64,000 bases of DNA from Azolla caroliniana (Eukaryota > Plantae > Polypodiophyta). Both the position numbers and the translations under genes were made by a program. The DNA is taken from the NCBI GenBank assembly GCA_043228905.1, contig JBHGNT010000006.1, positions 310,001 through 374,000 of the forward strand, given 5' to 3'. The number at the start of each line of letters is the position of its first letter. Positions within the stretch are counted from its first letter, which is position 1. This document shows positions 28,201 to 41,870 of this stretch, piece after piece. The notes below the pieces were generated by a model. It worked only from the letters and a program-made list of their open reading frames with translations. It had not been told where the DNA came from and did no database searches.

Positions 28201-31200
28201 ACGAGCCAGGTATGAACATTTTAATTTACCTACTAGCTCTTCTCAACTCAATCCTCAAATTTGGTAATTTCGTCATGTCTCTTGACCTGAGTTTCAAAAT
28301 CTTGATTTTTTAATTCCATATCATAGCTAGCGTTGTTAGCTTCGATTCGCATGTTTGAACACAAAAATCCGATATCACACGAGCCAGGTATGAACATTTT
28401 AATTTACCTACTAGCTCTTCTCAACTCAATCCTCAAATTTTCAAAATCTTGATTTTTTAATTCCATATCATAGCTAGCGTTGTTAGCTTTGATTCGCATA
28501 TTTGTACTCAAAAATCCGATATCACACGAGCCAGGTATGAAGATTTTAATTTACCTACTAGCTCCTCTCAACTCAATCCTCAAATTCGGTAATTTCGTCA
28601 TGTCTCTCGACCTGAGTTTCAAAATCTTGATTTTTTAATTCCATATCATAGCTAGCGTTGTTAGCTTCGATTCGCATGTTTGAACACAAAAATCCGATAT
28701 CACACGAGCCAGGTATGAACATTTTTATTTACTCAAGGGCTCCTCTCAACTCACTCCTCAAATTTGGTAATTTCTTCATGTCTCTCGACCTGAGTTTCAA
28801 AATCTTGATTTTTAAATTCCATATCATAGCTAGCGTTGTTAGCTTCGATTCGCATGTTTGAACACAAAAATCCGATATCACACGAGCCAGGTATGAACAT
28901 TTTAATTTACCTACTAGCTCTTCTCAACTCCATCCTCAAATTTGGTAATTTCGTCATGTCTCTCGACCTGAGTTTCAAAATCTTGATTTTTTAATTCCAT
29001 ATCATAGCTAGCGTTGTTAGCTTCGATTCGCATGTTTGAACACAAAAATCCGATATCACACGAGCCAGGTATGAACATTTTTATTTACTCAAGGGCTCCT
29101 CTCAACTCACTCATCAAATTTTGTAATTATGTCATGTCTCTCGACCTGAGTTTCAAAATCTTGATTTTTTAATTCCATATCATAGCTAGCGTTGTTAGCT
29201 TCGATTCGCATGTTTGAACACAAAAATCCGATATCACACGAGCCAGGTATGAACATTTTTATTTACTCAAGGGCTCCTCTCAACTCACTCCTCAAATTTT
29301 GTAATTACGTCATGTCTCTCGACCTGAGTTTCAAAATCTTGATTTTTTAATTCCATATCATAGCTAGCGTTGTTAGCTTCGATTCGCATGTTTGAACACA
29401 AAAATCCGATATCACACGAGCCAGGTATGAACATTTTTATTTACTCAAGGGCTCCTCTCAACTCACTCCTCAAATTTTGTAATTACGTCATGTCTCTCGA
29501 CCTGAGTTTCAAAAACTTGATTTTTTAATTCCATATCATAGCTAGCGTTGTTAGCTTCGATTCGCATATTTGTACTCAAAAATCCGATATCACACGACCC
29601 AGGTATGAACATTTTAATTTACCTACTAGCTCTTCTCAACTCACTCCTCAAATTTGGTAATTTCGTCATGTCTGTCGACCTGAGTTTCAAAATCTTGATT
29701 TTTTAATTCTATATGATAGCTAGCGTTGTTAGCTTCGATTCGCATGTTTGTACACAAAAATCCGATGTCACACGATCCAGGTATGAACATTTTTATTTAC
29801 CTACTAGCTCTTCTCAACTCACTCCTCAAATTTTGTAATTTCTTCATGTCTCTCGACCTGAGTTTCAAAATCTTGATTTTTAAATTCCATATCATAGCTA
29901 GCGTTGTTAGCTTCGATTCGCATGTTTGAACACAAAAATCCGATATCACACGAGCCAGGTATGAACATTTTTATTTACTCAAGGGCTCCTCTCAACTCAC
30001 TCCTCAAATTTTGTAATTACGTCATGTCTCTCGACCTGAGTTTCAAAATCTTGATTTTTTAATTCCATATCATAGCTAGCGTTGTTAGCTTCGATTCGCA
30101 TATTTGTACTCAAAAATCCGATATCACACGAGCCAGGTATGAACATTTTAATTTACCTACTAGCTCTTCTCAACTCACTCCTCAAATTTCGTAATTACGT
30201 CATGTCTCTCGACCTGAGTTTCAGAATCTTGATTTTTTAATTCCATATCATAGCTAGCGTTGTTAGCTTCGATTCGCATGTTTGAACACAAAAATCCGAT
30301 ATCACACGAGCCAGGTATGAACATTTTAATTTACCTACTAGCTCTTCTCAACTCAATCCTCAAATTTGGTAATTTCGTCATGTCTCTTGACCTGAGTTTC
30401 AAAATCTTGATTTTTTAATTCCATATCATAGCTAGCGTTGTTAGCTTCGATTCGCATGTTTGAACACAAAAATCCGATATCACACGAGCCAGGTATGAAC
30501 ATTTTAATTTACCTACTAGCTCTTCTCAACTCAATCCTCAAATTTTCAAAATCTTGATTTTTTAATTCCATATCATAGCTAGCGTTGTTAGCTTTGATTC
30601 GCATATTTGTACTCAAAAATCCGATATCACACGAGCCAGGTATGAAGATTTTAATTTACCTACTAGCTCCTCTCAACTCAATCCTCAAATTTGGTAATTT
30701 CGTCATGTCTCTCGACCTGAGTTTCAAAATCTTGATTTTTTAATTCCATATCATAGCTAGCGTTCTTAGCTTCGATTCGCATGTTTGTACACAAAAATCC
30801 GATATCACACGAGCCAGGTATGAACATTTTAATTTACCTACTAGCTCTTCTCAACTCACTCCTCAAATTTGGTAATTTCTTCATGTCTCTCGACCTGAGT
30901 TTCAAAATCTTGATTTTTTAATTCTATATCATAGCTAGCGTTGTTAACTTCGATTCGCATGTTTGAATACAAAAATCCAATGTCACACGAGCCAGGTATG
31001 AACATTTTAATTTACCTACTATCTCTTCTCAACTCAATCCTCAAATTTGGTAATTTCGTCATGTCTCTCGACCTGAGTTTCAAAATCTTGATTTTTTAAT
31101 TCCATATCATAGCTAGCGTTGTTAGCTTCGATTCGCATGTTTGAATACAAAAATCCGATGTCGCACGAGCCAGGTATGAACATTTTAATTTACCTACTAG

Positions 31201-34200
31201 CTCCTCTCAACTAACTCCTCAAATTTGGTAATTTCGTCATGTCTCTCGACCTGAGTTTCAGAATCTTGATTTTTTAATTCTATATCATAGCTAGCGTTGT
31301 TAGCTTCGATTCGCATCTTTGAACACAAAAATCCGATATCACGAGAGCCAGGTATGAACATTTTAATTTACCTACTAGGTCTTCTCAACTCAATCCTCAA
31401 ATTCGGTAATTTCGTCATGTCTCTCGACCTGAGTTTCAAAATCTTGATTTTTTAATTCCATATCATAGCTAGCGTTGTTAGCTTCGATTCGCATGTTTGA
31501 ACACAAAAATCCGATATCACACGAGCCAGGTATGAACATTTTTATTTACTCAAGGCCTCCTCTCAACTCACTCCTCAAATTCGGTAATTTCGTCATGTCT
31601 CTCGACCTGAGTTTCAAAATCTTGATTTTTTAATTCCATATCATAGCTAGCGTTGTTAGCTTCGATTCGCATATTTGTACTCAAAAATCCGATATCACAC
31701 GAGCCAGGTATGAACATTTTAATTTACCTACTAGCTCTTCTCAACTCACTCCTCAAATTTCGTAATTACGTCATGTCTCTCGACCTGAGTTTCAGAATCT
31801 TGATTTTTTAATTCCATATCATAGCTAGCGTTGTTAGCTTCAATTCGCATATTTGTACTCAAAAATCCGATATCACACGAGCCAGGTATGAAGATTTTAA
31901 TTTACCTACTAGTTCTTCTCAACTCAATCCTCAAATTTGGTAATTTCGTCATGTCTCTCGACCTGAGTTTCAAAATCTTGATTTTTTAATTCCATATCAT
32001 AGCTAGCGTTGTTAGCTTCGATTCGCATGTTTGAACACAAAAATCCGATATCACACGAGCCAGGTATGAACATTTTTATTTACTCAAGGGCTCCTCTCAA
32101 CTCACTCCTCAAATTCGGTAATTTCGTCATGTCTCTCGACCTCAGTTTCAAAATCTTGATTTTTTAATTCCATATCATAGCTAGCGTTGTTAGCTTCGAT
32201 TCGCATATTTGTACTCAAAAATCCGATATCACACGAGCCAGGTATGAACATTTTAATTTACCTACTAGCTCTTCTCAACTCACTCCTCAAATTTCGTAAT
32301 TACGTCATGTCTCTCGACCTGAGTTTCAGAATCTTGATTTTTTAATTCCATATCATAGCTAGCGTTGTTAGCTTCGATTCGCATGTTTGAACACAAAAAT
32401 CCGATATCACACGAGCCAGGTATGAACATTTTAATTTACCTACTAGCTCTTCTCAAATCAATCCTCAAATTTGGTAATTTCGTCATGTCTCTCGACCTGA
32501 GTTTCAAAATCTAGATTTTTTAATTCCATATCATAGCTAGCGTTCTTAGCTTCGATTCGCATGTTTGTACACAATAATCCGATATCACACGAGCCAGGTA
32601 TGAACATTTTAATTTACCTACTAGCTCTTCTCAACTCACTCCTCAAATTTGGTAATTTCTTCATGTCTCTCGACCTGAGTTTCAAAATCTTGATTTTTTA
32701 ATTCTATATCATAGCTAGCGTTGTTAACTTCGATTCGCATGTTTGAATACAAAAATCCAATGTCACACGAGCCAGGTATGAACATTTTAATTTACCTACT
32801 ATCTCTTCTCAACTCAATCCTCAAATTTGGTAATTTCGTCATGTCTCTCGACCTGAGTTTCAAAATCTTGATTTTTTAATTCCATATCATAGCTAGCGTT
32901 GTTAGCTTCGATTCGCATGTTTGAATACAAAAATCCGATGTCACACGAGCCAGGTATGAACATTTTAATTTACCTACTAGCTCCTCTCAACTAACTCCTC
33001 AAATTTGGTAATTTCGTCATGTCTCTCGACCTGAGTTTCAGAATCTTGATTTTTTAATTCTATATCATAGCTAGCGTTGTTAGCTTCGATTCGCATCTTT
33101 GAACACAAAAATCCGATATCAGGCGAGCCAGGTATGAACATTTTAATTTACCTACTAGGTCTTCTCAACTCAATCCTCAAATTCGGTAATTTCGTCATGT
33201 CTCTCGACCTGAGTTTCAAAATCTTGATTTTTTAATTCCATATCATAGCTAGCGTTGTTAGCTTCGATTCGCATGTTTGAACACAAAAATCCGATATCAC
33301 ACGAGCCAGGTATGAACATTTTTATTTACTCAAGGGCTCCTCTCAACTCACTCCTCAAATTCGGTAATTTCGTCATGTCTCTCGACCTGAGTTTCAAAAT
33401 CTTGATTTTTTAATTCCATATCATAGCTAGCGTTGTTAGCTTCGATTCGCATATTTGTACTCAAAAATCCGATATCACACGAGCCAGGTATGAACATTTT
33501 AATTTACCTACTAGCTCTTCTCAACTCACTCCTCAAATTTCGTAATTACGTCATGTCTCTCGACCTGAGTTTCAGAATCTTGATTTTTTAATTCCATATC
33601 ATAGCTAGCGTTGTTAGCTTCGATTCGCATGTTTGAACACAAAAATCCGATATCACACGAGCCAGGTATGAACATTTTAATTTACCTACTAGCTCTTCTC
33701 AACTCCATCCTCAAATTTGGTAATTTCGTCATGTCTCTCGACCTGAGTTTCAAAATCTTGATTTTTTAATTCCATATCATAGCTAGCGTTCTTAGCTTCG
33801 ATTCGCATGTTTGTACACAAAAATCCGATATCACACGAGCCAGGTATGAACATTTTAATTTACCTACTAGCTCTTCTCAACTCACTCCTCAAATTTGGTA
33901 ATTTCTTCATGTCTCTCGACCTGAGTTTCAAAATCTTGATTTTTTAATTCCATATCATAGCTAGCGTTGTTAACTTCGATTCGCATGTTTGAATACAAAA
34001 ATCCAATGTCACACGAGCCAGGTATGAACATTTTAATTTACCTACTATCTCTTCTCAACTCAATCCTCAAATTTGGTAATTTCGTCATGTCTCTCGACCT
34101 GAGTTTCAAAATCTTGATTTTTTAATTCCATATCATAGCTAGCGTTGTTAGCTTCGATTCGCATGTTTGAATACAAAAATCCGATGTCACACGAGCCAGG

Positions 34201-36347
34201 TATGAACAATTTAATTCACCTACTAGCTCTTCTCAACTCAGTCCTCAAATTTGGTAATTTCTTCATGTCTCTCGACCTGAGTTTCAAAATCTTGATTTTT
34301 TAATTCCATATCATAGCTAGCGTTGTTAGCTTCGATTCGCATGTTTGAACACAAATATCCGATATCACACGAGCCAGGTATGAACATTTTAATTTACCTA
34401 CTAGCTCTTCTCAACTAACTCCTCAAATTTGTTAATTTCGTCATGTCTCTCGACCTGAGTTTCAGAATCTTGATTTTTTAATTCTATATCATAGCTAGCG
34501 TTGTTAGCTTCGATTCGCATGTTTGTACTCAAAAATCCGATATCACACGAGCCAGGTATGAACATTTTAATTTACCTACTAGCTCTTCTCAACTCACTCC
34601 TCAAATTTCGTAATTACGTCATGTCTCTCGACCTGAGTTTCAGAATCTTGATTTTTTAATTCCATATCATAGCTAGCGTTGTTAGCTTCGATTCGCATGT
34701 TTGAACACAAAAATCCGATATCACACGAGCCAGGTATGAACATTTTTATTTACTCAAGGGCTCCTCTCAACTCACTTCTCAAATTTGGTAATTTCTTCAT
34801 GTCTCTCGACCTGAGTTTCAAAATCTTGATTTTTAAATTCCATATCATAGCTAGCGTTGTTAGCTTCGATTCGCATGTTTGAACACAAAAATCCGATATC
34901 ACACGAGCCAGGTATGAACATTTTAATTTACCTACTAGCTCTTCTCAACTCAATCCTCAAATTTGGTAATTTCGTCATGTCTCTCGACCTGAGTTCAAAA
35001 TCTTGATTTTTTAATTCCATATCATAGCTAGCGTTGTTAGCTTCGATTCGCATGTTTGAACACAAAAATCCGATATCACACGAGTCAGGTATGAACATTT
35101 TTATTTACTCAAGGGCTCCTCTCAACTCACTCCTCAAATTTGGTAATTTCTTCATGTCTCTCGACCTGAGTTTCAAAATCTTGATTTTTAAATTCCATAT
35201 CATAGCTAGCGTTGTTAGCTTCGATTCGCATGTTTGAACACAAAAATCCGATATCACACGAGCCAGGTATGAACATTTTTATTTACTCAAGGGCTCCTCT
35301 CAACTCACTCCTCAAATTTTGTAATTACGTCATGTCTCTCGACCTGAGTTTCAAAATCTTGATTTTTTAATTCCATATCATAGCTAGCGTTGTTAGCTTC
35401 GATTCGCATATTTGTACTCAAAAATCCGATATCACACGAGCCAGGTATGAACATTTTAATTTACCTACTAGCTCTTCTCAACTCACTCCTCAAATTTCGT
35501 AATTACGTCATGTCTCTCGACCTGAGTTTCAGAATCTTGATTTTTTAATTCCATATCATAGCTAGCGTTGTTAGCTTCGATTCGCATGTTTGAACACAAA
35601 AATCCGATATCACACGAGCCAGGTATGAACATTTTAATTTACCTACTAGCTCTTCTCAACTCAATCCTCAAATTTGGTAATTTCGTCATGTTTCTCGACC
35701 TGAGTTTCAAAATCTTGATTTTTTAATTCCATATCATAGCTAGCGTTCTTAGCTTCGATTCGCATGTTTATACACAAAAATCCGATATCACACGAGCCAG
35801 GTATGAACATTTTAATTTACCTACTAGCTCTTCTCAACTCAATCCTCAAATTTGGTAATTTCGTCATGTCTCTCGACCTGAGTTTCAAAATCTTGATTTT
35901 TTAATTCCATATCATAGCTAGCGTTGTTAGCTTCGATTCGCATGTTTGAACACAAAAATCCGATATCACACGAGTCAGGTATGAACATTTTTATTTACTC
36001 AAGGGCTCCTCTCAACTCAGTCCCCAAATTTGGTAATTTCTTCATGTCTCTCGACCTGAGTTTCAAAATCTTGATTTTTTAATTCCATATCATAGCTAGC
36101 GATGTTAGCTTCGATTCGCATGTTTGAACACAAAAATCCGATATCACACGAGCCAGGTATGAACATTTTAATTTACCTACTAGCTCTTCTCAACTCAATC
36201 CTCAAATTTGGTAATTTCGTCATGTCTCTCGACCTGAGTTTCAAAATCTTGATTTTTTAATTCTATATCATAGCTAGCGGTGTTAGCTTCGATTCGCATG
36301 TTTGTACACAAATATCCGATATCACACGAGCCAGGTATGAACATTTT
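19257..36347 (+). repeat. Large tandem duplication, copy 2 (about 17.1 kb, one monomer shorter)
   Basis: Shares private variants with copy 1: AATGTCTTC 7421/24562, CTTCCATT about 9956/27097, 1-bp deletion GAGTTCAAAA 17853/34994, TCGCACGAG about 14021/31162. Confidence 0.93.
22816..30691 (+). repeat. Second copy of the 2,105-bp HOR array (inside the 17-kb duplication)
   Basis: Deletion junctions at 24228, 26333, 28438, 30543; ORFs at 23411, 25516, 27621, 29726; offset 17141 from the first array. Confidence 0.95.
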
Positions 36348-36429
36348 TATTTACCTACTAGCTCTTCTCAACTCACTCCTCAAATTTGGTAATTTCGTCA
36401 TGTCTCTCGACCTGAGTTTCAGAATCTTG

Positions 36430-37120
36430 ATTTTTTAATTCTATATCATAGCTAGCGTTGTTAGCTTCGATTCGCATGTTTGAACACAAAAATCCGATAT
36501 CACTCGAGCCAGGTATGAACATTTTAATTTACCTACTAGGTCTTCTCAACTCAATCCTCAAATTCGGTAATTTCGTCATGTCTCTCGACCTGAGTTTCAA
36601 AATCTTGATTTTTTAATTCCATATCATAGCTAGCGTTGTTAGCTTCGATTCGCATGTTTGAACACAAAAATCCGATATCACACGAGCCAGGTATGAACAT
36701 TTTTATTTACTCAAGGGCTCCTCTCAACTCACTTCTCAAATTTGGTAATTTCTTCATGTCTCTCGACCTGAGTTTCAAAATCTTGATTTTTAAATTCTAT
36801 ATCATAGCTAGCGTTGTTAGCTTCGATTCGCATCTTTGAACACAAAAATCCGATATCACTCGAGCCAGGTATGAACATTTTAATTTACCTACTAGGTCTT
36901 CTCAACTCAATCCTCAAATTCGGTAATTTCGTCATGTCTCTCGACCTGAGTTTCAAAATCTTGATTTTTTAATTCCATATCATAGCTAGCGTTGTTAGCT
37001 TCGATTCGCATGTTTGAACACAAAAATCCGATATCACACGAGCCAGGTATGAACATTTTTATTTACTCAAGGGCTCCTCTCAACTCACTTCTCAAATTTG
37101 GTAATTTCTTCATGTCTCTC
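36430..37120 (+). repeat. Local dimer (356-bp) duplication
   Basis: CACTCGAG variant at 36501 and 36857; CACTTCTC variant and ORFs at 36636 and 36992. Confidence 0.85.
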
Positions 37121-37339
37121 GACCTGAGTTTCAAAATCTTGATTTTTAAATTCCATATCATAGCTAGCGTTGTTAGCTTCGATTCGCATGTTTGAACACA
37201 AAAATCCGATATCACACGAGCCAGGTATGAACATTTTAATTTACCTACTAGCTCTTCTCAACTCAATCCTCAAATTTGGTAATTTCGTCATGTCTCTCGA
37301 CCTGAGTTTCAAAATCTTGATTTTTTAATTCTATATCAT

Positions 37340-40300
37340 AGCTAGCGTTGTTAGCTTCGATTCGCATGTTTGAACACAAAAATCCGATATCACACGAGTC
37401 AGGTATGAACATTTTTATTTACTCAAGGGCTCCTCTCAACTCACTCCTCAAATTTGGTAATTTCTTCATGTCTCTCGACCTGAGTTTCAAAATCTTGATT
37501 TTTAAATTCCATATCATAGCTAGCGTTGTTAGCTTCCATTCGCATGTTTGAACACAAAAATCCGATATCACACGAGCCAGGTATGAACATTTTTATTTAC
37601 TCAAGGGCTCCTCTCAACTCACTCCTCAAATTTTGTAATTACGTCATGTCTCTCGACCTGAGTTTCAAAATCTTGATTTTTTAATTCCATATCATAGCTA
37701 GCGTTGTTAGCTTCGATTCGCATATTTGTACTCAAAAATCCGATATCACACGAGCCAGGTATGAACATTTTAATTTACCTACTAGCTCTTCTCAACTCAC
37801 TCCTCAAATTTCGTAATTACGTCATGTCTCTCGACCTGAGTTTCAGAATCTTGATTTTTTAATTCCATATCATAGCTAGCGTTGTTAGCTTCGATTCGCA
37901 TGTTTGAACACAAAAATCCGATATCACACGAGCCAGGTATGAACATTTTAATTTACCTACTAGCTCTTCTCAACTCAATCCTCAAATTTGGTAATTTCGT
38001 CATGTCTCTCGACCTGAGTTTCAAAATCTTGATTTTTTAATTCCATATCATAGCTAGCGTTCTTAGCTTCGATTCGCATGTTTATACACAAAAATCCGAT
38101 ATCACACGAGCCAGGTATGAACATTTTAATTTACCTACTAGCTCCTCTCAACTAACTCCTCAAATTTGTTAATTTCGTCATGTCTCTCGACCTGAGTTTC
38201 AGAATCTTGATTTTTTAATTCTATATCATAGCTAGCGTTGTTAGCTTCGATTCGCATGTTTGAACACAAAAATCCGATATCACACGAGCCAGGTATGAAC
38301 ATTTTAATTTACCTACTAGCTCTTCTCAACTCAATCCTCAAATTTGGTAATTTCGTCATGTCTCTCGACCTGAGTTTCAAAATCTTGATTTTTTAATTCC
38401 ATATCATAGCTAGCGTTGTTAGCTTCGATTCGCATGTTTGAACACAAAAATCCGATATCACACGAGTCAGGTATGAACATTTTTATTTACTCAAGGGCTC
38501 CTCTCAACTCAGTCCCCAAATTTGGTAATTTCTTCATGTCTCTCGACCTGAGTTTCAAAATCTTGATTTTTTAATTCCATATCATAGCTAGCGATGTTAG
38601 CTTCGATTCGCATGTTTGAACACAAAAATCCGATATCACACGAGCCAGGTATGAACATTTTAATTTACCTACTAGCTCTTCTCAACTCAATCCTCAAATT
38701 TGGTAATTTCGTCATGTCTCTCGACCTGAGTTTCAAAATCTTGATTTTTTAATTCTATATCATAGCTAGCGGTGTTAGCTTCGATTCGCATGTTTGTACA
38801 CAAATATCCGATATCACACGAGCCAGGTATGAACATTTTTATTTACCTACTAGCTCTTCTCAACTCACTCCTCAAATTTGGTAATTACGTCATGTCTCTC
38901 GAGCTGAGTTTCAAAATCTTGATTTTTTAATTCCATATCATAGCTAGCGTTGTTAGCTTCGATTCGCATGTTTGAATACAAAAATCCGATGTCACACGAG
39001 CCAGGTATGAACAATTTAATTTACCTACTAGCTCTTCTCAACTCACTCCTCAAATTTGGTAATTTCTTCATGTCTCTCGACCTGAGTTTCAAAATTTTGA
39101 TTTTTTAATTTCATATCATAGCTAGCGTTGTTAGCTTCGATTCGCATGTTTGAATACAAAAATCCGATGTCACACGAGCAAGGTATGAACAATTTAATTC
39201 ACCTACTAGCTCTTCTCAACTCAATCCTCAAATTTGGTAATTTCGTCATGTCTCTCGACCTGAGTTTCAAAATCTTGATTTTTTTACTCCATATCATAGC
39301 TAGCGTTGTTAGCTTCGATTCGCATGTTTGTACACAAATATCCGATATCACACGAGCCAGGTATGAACATTTTTATTTACCTACTAGCTCTTCTCAACTC
39401 ACTCCTCAAATTTGGTAATTACGTCATGTCTCTCGAGCTGAGTTTCAAAATCTTGATTTTTAAATTCCATATCATAGCTAGCGTTGTTAGCTTCGATTCG
39501 CATATTTGTACTCAAAAATCCGATATCACACGAGCCAGGTATGAACATTTTAATTTACCTACTAGCTCCTCTCAACTAACTCCTCAAATTTGGTAATTTC
39601 GTCATGTCTCTCGACCTGAGTTTCAGAATCTTGATTTTTTAATTCTATATCATAGCTAGCGTTGTTAGCTTCGATTCGCATGTTTGAACACAAAAATCCG
39701 ATATCACACGAGCAAGGTATGAACAATTTAATTCACCTACTAGCTCTTCTCAACTCAATCCTCAAATTTGGTAATTTCGTCATGTCTCTCGACCTGAGTT
39801 TCAAAATCTTGATTTTTTAATTCCATATCATAGCTAGCGTTGTTAGCTTCGATTCGCATGTTTGAACACAAAAATCCGATATCACACGAGTCAGGTATGA
39901 ACATTTTTATTTACTCAAGGGCTCCTCTCAACTCACTCCTCAAATTTGGTAATTTCTTCATGTCTCTCGACCTGAGTTTCAAAATCTTGATTTTTAAATT
40001 CCATATCATAGCTAGCGTTGTTAGCTTCGATTCGCATGTTTGAACACAAAAATCCGATATCACACGAGCCAGGTATGAACATTTTTATTTACTCAAGGGC
40101 TCCTCTCAACTCACTCCTCAAATTTTGTAATTACGTCATGTCTCTCGACCTGAGTTTCAAAATCTTGATTTTTTAATTCCATATCATAGCTAGCGTTGTT
40201 AGCTTCGATTCGCATATTTGTACTCAAAAATCCGATATCACACGAGCCAGGTATGAACATTTTAATTTACCTACTAGCTCTTCTCAACTCACTCCTCAAA

Positions 40301-41650
40301 TTTCGTAATTACGTCATGTCTCTCGACCTGAGTTTCAGAATCTTGATTTTTTAATTCCATATCATAGCTAGCGTTGTTAGCTTCGATTCGCATGTTTGAA
40401 CACAAAAATCCGATATCACACGAGCCAGGTATGAACATTTTAATTTACCTACTAGCTCTTCTCAACTCAATCCTCAAATTTGGTAATTTCGTCATGTCTC
40501 TCGACCTGAGTCTCAAAATCTTGATTTTTTAATTCCATATCATAGCTAGCGTTCTTAGCTTCGATTCGCATGTTTATACACAAAAATCCGATATCACACG
40601 AGCCAGGTATGAACATTTTAATTTACCTACTAGCTCCTCTCAACTAACTCCTCAAATTTGTTAATTTCGTCATGTCTCTCGACCTGAGTTTCAGAATCTT
40701 GATTTTTTAATTCTATATCATAGCTAGCGTTGTTAGCTTCGATTCGCATGTTTGAACACAAAAATCCGATATCACACGAGCCAGGTATGAACATTTTAAT
40801 TTACCTACTAGCTCTTCTCAACTCAATCCTCAAATTTGGTAATTTCGTCATGTCTCTCGACCTGAGTTTCAAAATCTTGATTTTTTAATTCCATATCATA
40901 GCTAGCGTTGTTAGCTTCGATTCGCATGTTTGAACACAAAAATCCGATATCACACGAGTCAGGTATGAACATTTTTATTTACTCAAGGGCTCCTCTCAAC
41001 TCAGTCCCCAAATTTGGTAATTTCTTCATGTCTCTCGACCTGAGTTTCAAAATCTTGATTTTTTAATTCCATATCATAGCTAGCGATGTTAGCTTCGATT
41101 CGCATGTTTGAACACAAAAATCCGATATCACACGAGCCAGGTATGAACATTTTAATTTACCTACTAGCTCTTCTCAACTCAATCCTCAAATTTGGTAATT
41201 TCGTCATGTCTCTCGACCTGAGTTTCAAAATCTTGATTTTTTAATTCTATATCATAGCTAGCGGTGTTAGCTTCGATTCGCATGTTTGTACACAAATATC
41301 CGATATCACACGAGCCAGGTATGAACATTTTTATTTACCTACTAGCTCTTCTCAACTCACTCCTCAAATTTGGTAATTACGTCATGTCTCTCGAGCTGAG
41401 TTTCAAAATCTTGATTTTTTAATTCCATATCATAGCTAGCGTTGTTAGCTTCGATTCGCATGTTTGAATACAAAAATCCGATGTCACACGAGCCAGGTAT
41501 GAACAATTTAATTTACCTACTAGCTCTTCTCAACTCACTCCTCAAATTTGGTAATTTCTTCATGTCTCTCGACCTGAGTTTCAAAATCTTGATTTTTTAA
41601 TTTCATATCATAGCTAGCGTTGTTAGCTTCGATTCGCATGTTTGAATACA
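37340..41650 (+). repeat. 14-mer (2,492-bp) periodic block
   Basis: GCGATGTT variant at 36099, 38591, 41083 (each +2492); ORFs 37348 and 39840; linked CAGTCCCC, GTTTATAC, GCGGTGTT variants. Confidence 0.88.
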
Positions 41651-41870
41651 AAAATCTGATATCACACGAGCCAGGTATGAACATTTTAATTTACCTACTA
41701 GCTCTTCTCAACTCAATCCTCAAAGTTGGTAATTTCGTCATGTCTCTCGACCTGAGTTTCAAAATCTTGATTTTTTAATTCCATATCATAGCTAGCGTTG
41801 TTAGCTTCGATTCGCATGTTTGAATACAAAAATCCGATGTCACACGAGCAAGGTATGAACAATTTAATTC

